NCBI RefSeq assembly: GCF_006345805.1
Contig: NC_042998.1
Coordinates: 196,540,001 to 196,604,000, forward strand
Direction: 5' to 3'
DNA: 64,000 nt
From: Octopus sinensis
Lineage: Eukaryota
Shown here: positions 60,859 to 64,000 of the stretch, piece after piece
Numbering within the stretch: position 1 is the stretch's first letter
Layout: every line of letters starts with the position of its first letter
Program-made: the position numbers and the translations under genes
The notes under the pieces: generated by a model
The model's input: the letters and a program-made list of their open reading frames with translations, nothing else
What the model was told of the DNA's origin: nothing
Databases searched by the model: none

Positions 60859-62329
60859 CTGAAGAGAAACGAAGAAATATGAAATGGAATTGAGAAAAAA
60901 AATGGAAATACATCATTTTTACATTTACGTGTGTAAAATATATATATATCTATAACAAAAACAAATTTTAATAAAGCGGGGAAATAAAACAAGATCTTTC
61001 AAAGACTCCCGGAATGAAATCCTCAACACATAAGAGACTTCCCCCTCTTCCCATCACTCCATCTGTTTCCTGCATTGTCTCTCCTCCATTGTTAAAAGTA
61101 AACAGAATAGAAAATATCAATCATATTTACTCTTTACTCTTTTACTCGTTTCAGTCATTTGACTGCGGCCATGCTGGAGCACCGCCCTTAGTCGAGCAAA
61201 TTGACCCCGGGACTTATTCTTTGTAAGCCCAGTACTTATTCTACTGGTCTCTTTTGCCGAACCGCTAAGTGACGGGGACGTAAACACACCAGCATCGGTT
61301 GTCAAGCAATGCTAGGGGGACAAACACAGACACACACACACATACATATACATATATACGACAGGCTTCTTTCAGTTTCCGTCTACCAAATCCACTCACA
61401 AGGCATTGGTTGCCTGGGGCTATAGCAGAAGACACTTGCCCAACATGCCACGCAGTGGGACTGAACCCGGAACCATGTGGTTGGTTAGCAAGCTACTTAC
61501 CACACAGCCACTCCTGCGCCTATATTTGTGTATAATGTTAATTTTAATTCTAAATGACTGTCTGTTCACATCTTTTCTCTTCTGTTAAGAAAGTAAAAAA
61601 AGAAAAGGAAAATCAAGTAAAGTGCAGGTGTGGCTGTGTGGTAAGTAGCCATATGGTTCTGGGTTCACTCCCACTGCATGGCACCTTGGGCAAGTGTCTT
61701 CTACTGTAGCCTCAGGCCAACCAAAGCCTTGTGAGTGGATTTGGTAGACAGAAACTGAAAGAAGCCCGTCATGTCATCATCATCATTGTTTAACGTGAAC
61801 AAAATGAGAAACGAAATCATAAAAAACAAAAACATGAAAAACGAACTTCTTTTTTGAACAACAAAAGAAACAAATAGAGAAACAAGAGAGGCAACATGAA
61901 TAACAATCCCATCATTAGTTGTCCCCTGTTTTATCTACTCTGTGTTTCGAATGTAGGGACAAGACATGACAGTTGTTCCAGCAAAGCAAATTTTAAAAAA
62001 TTGGAGATTTGTGGAGGATTAAAGTGGTGACAAAAACAGGACAGTGAGAACAAAACAAGTAAAACAACTGGTAAGGGCTGTTAAGCGAAAACAGGATGGT
62101 GAGAAGAAAACAATAAAAACAAAATAATGTCGAATGAATGAGAACAGAGTCCTTAATACACGTTGCAGAGATCTTAAAACTGAAATAATTTGTCTCGCAA
62201 CAGAAGTTTCACACTCATCTGATCATCAGGTGGAACTAACATGACACAGTATTGGTGGCACATGTCTGAGATTTGGTCAAAAAAGTATTGGGTCTGTTGC
62301 CATGGCAACAGAGCTAAGGCACAGATTGA

Positions 62330-62476
62330 CCAGGAGTTCCAGGAATGCTTCCATCAATGGAAACGATGCTGGATAAAGTGTGTGGATTCAGAAGGAGACT
62401 TCTTTGAAAGGGATTCAATGCTGTTGTAGTTGCCTTTTATAGCACTGGTCCCAATTCTTTTTGATCAGAACTCGTA
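62330..62476 (+). mobile_element. mariner-type transposon 3' remnant
   Basis: EFQECFHQWKRCWIKCVDSEGDFFERD (mariner C-terminus), followed by the TIR-like end ctttttgatcagaactcg|TA. Confidence 0.72.
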
Positions 62477-63265
62477 TTATATTATAATGTATTATATATG
62501 TCATCCACATCATCATCGTCGTCCTTTAATGTTTGCTTTCCATGCTGGCATGGGTTGGACAGTTTGACTGAAGGTTTGCAAGCCAGAAGGCTGCACCAGG
62601 CTCCAATCTGATGTGGCAAGCTTTCTAAAACTGGATGCCCTTCCTAATGCCAACCACTCAAGAGTGTAGTGGGTGCTTTCTACGTGCCACCTGCACGGGT
62701 GCCAGTCAAGTGGCACTGGCATCGACCACGCTAGAATGGTGCTTTTTATGTGCCACCAGCATGAGGGCCAGACAGGTGGCACTGGCGCTGACCATGTTTG
62801 AATGGTGCTTTTTACATGTCACCAACACAGGGGCCAGTTAGGCAACAATGTGTATATCATCATCATCATCATCAACGTTTAACGTCCGCTTTCCATGCTA
62901 GCATGGGTTGGACGGTTCAACAGGGGTCTGGGAAGCCAGAAGGCTGCACCATGCCAGTCAGATCTGGCAGTGTTTCTACAGCTGGATGCCCTTCCTAACG
63001 CCAACCACTCCAAGAGTGTAGTGGGTGCTTTTTATGTGCCACCGACACAGGTGCCAGACGAGGCTGGCGAAAAGTAGAAAAAGATAAATAAATAAAATGA
63101 AAGGACTTAAGGTAAAAAAAGGTAAAAAGAAAAGATATCTAAGCAGCAAGGATGCTGGGGGGGTTGGAAATGTGTGAGTGTGTGGGTGAGTTTGTGTGTC
63201 GTGGGATGGAGGTGAACCCCCCCCCCCCAAAAAAAATAGAAGCAATTATTGATAGATTCCTTTAC

Positions 63266-63410
63266 CGGGTAGAGGACTTTGCGAATTTTAACCATTTGCT
63301 TTGCTTTTGTTTCCATCAGATCCACAAGGTTGTCAATCTCCGTCTCAAGATCTTTGTGTAATTGGCTCTCACAGGTTTCATTATACAGTTTCGTTAAATT
63401 CTGGTGTTTC
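63266..63410 (-). CDS. CEP57: CEP57/translokin-like centrosomal protein, penultimate exon (microtubule-binding coiled coil)
   Basis: Acceptor tttgattgacag|G. Encodes KHQNLTKLYNETCESQLHKDLETEIDNLVDLMETKAKQMVKIRKVLYP, which resembles the CEP57 pattern HQxLxKL...LExExxxLVxxMExKAxQxxKxRK as I recall it. Donor CCG|gtaaag, phase 0. Confidence 0.8.
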
Positions 63411-63507
63411 CTGTCAATCAAATATTTTAAAGATTCAAAATTTAGTCAAAAATGACTGAAACAAGTAAAAGAAATAAAGAATATTAATTACTACTATTAT
63501 TATTATT

Positions 63508-63729
63508 ATGTGAAGTCTATTTGCCACTTAAATGTGGTTAACCACTAAGGGTGGAAGATATTGTAGCTTGTAGCCCCAGGAGAACATCTCCAGCTGGCTA
63601 TTGACACACTTTCTGTGCCCTATCGTGTGTCAATAGCCAGCTGGAGAAGATGTTCTCCTGGGGCTACAAGCTACAGTAGCATCTACCCTTAGTGGTTAGC
63701 CACATTTAAGTGGCAAATATACTTCACAT
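63508..63729. mobile_element. Foldback element, same family as 12951-13171
   Basis: Arms 63508-63609 and 63625-63729, 15-nt loop. Confidence 0.88.
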
Positions 63730-64000
63730 TATTGTGCAGCTACTGTTTATAACTCATTCAGAGATTTATTATTACTACTATCATTATTATTATCATTATT
63801 GCTGCTACTGCTACTACTACTACTTCAGTGAATGTGGATTTACATCATCATCATCACCATCTTCATCAAGTTAAAATTCTACATGTGGCATTGGTTTCCG
63901 GAGTGGACAGCCTTGCTCTCACCACTTAAATTACAGGGTGGGCTGAATGCATTTTCCCATGCCACCACCACTAAAGAGATTGTCTCACAGAACTCAACTA

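Larger units (their letters stand above)
13925..61520 (-). mobile_element. About 400-460 bp tRNA/CORE-type SINE family with internal (CA)n(TA)n and L2-like tail; near-complete copies all on -
   Basis: Reads on + as ctcttttacttgtttcagtcatttgactgcggcc...ccacacagccactcctgcgcct. Approximate copies: 13925-14315, 14385-14815, 20565-20900, 21535-21938, 24968-25393, 26915-27320, 28215-28612, 35448-35810, 42603-42955, 45262-45625, 61128-61520. A partial + copy is at 61624-61770. Confidence 0.9.
1620..63065. repeat. More than 20 dispersed 5'-truncated copies of the RTE LINE 3' UTR and tail
   Basis: Core ggagtggttggcgttaggaagggcatccagctgtagaaac...ccaacccatgctagcatggaaaacggacgttaaacgatgatgatg equals LINE 59480-59643. 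Approximate copies: 1620-1845+, 4505-4740-, 6090-6380+, 10390-10765-, 13410-13555-, 15585-15975+, 16800-17195+, 18085-18290-, 21985-22200-, 23230-23450-, 23655-23970+, 25525-25890-, 40045-40540-, 48380-48690+, 48925-49075-, 52035-52300+, 53690-54030+, 59645-59903+, 62505-63065-. Confidence 0.9.

Overview
AT-rich, intron-rich animal genomic DNA. It is most likely an octopus or other coleoid cephalopod, inferred from the repeat families I recognise and not from a database search. Three protein-coding genes can be spliced by hand with consistent phases. (1) An 8-exon C2H2 zinc-finger transcription factor on + (about 14929-29668; 5' end uncertain). (2) A complete 2-exon, 285-aa LigB-family extradiol dioxygenase of the 4,5-DOPA dioxygenase (DODA/YgiD) type on - (45025-41474), with a decayed copy of its own first exon nested in its intron. 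(3) The last two exons of a CEP57/translokin-like gene on - (63410-60631). The rest is mobile DNA: a near-full-length RTE LINE with two frameshifts and a PHD-like finger inside ORF2, more than 20 truncated copies of its 3' tail, several tRNA-derived SINE families, Penelope, CR1/L2, Chapaev3 and mariner relics, piggyBac-type and Helitron-type non-autonomous elements, and many foldback elements. The most striking non-coding signal is a set of minimal type I hammerhead ribozyme motifs. These include a tRNA-headed, inverted-arm short element family whose five damaged copies reconstruct a complete hammerhead, and a U3-A8 compensatory variant just downstream of the zinc-finger stop codon. Exon coordinates were counted by hand; repeat boundaries are approximate.
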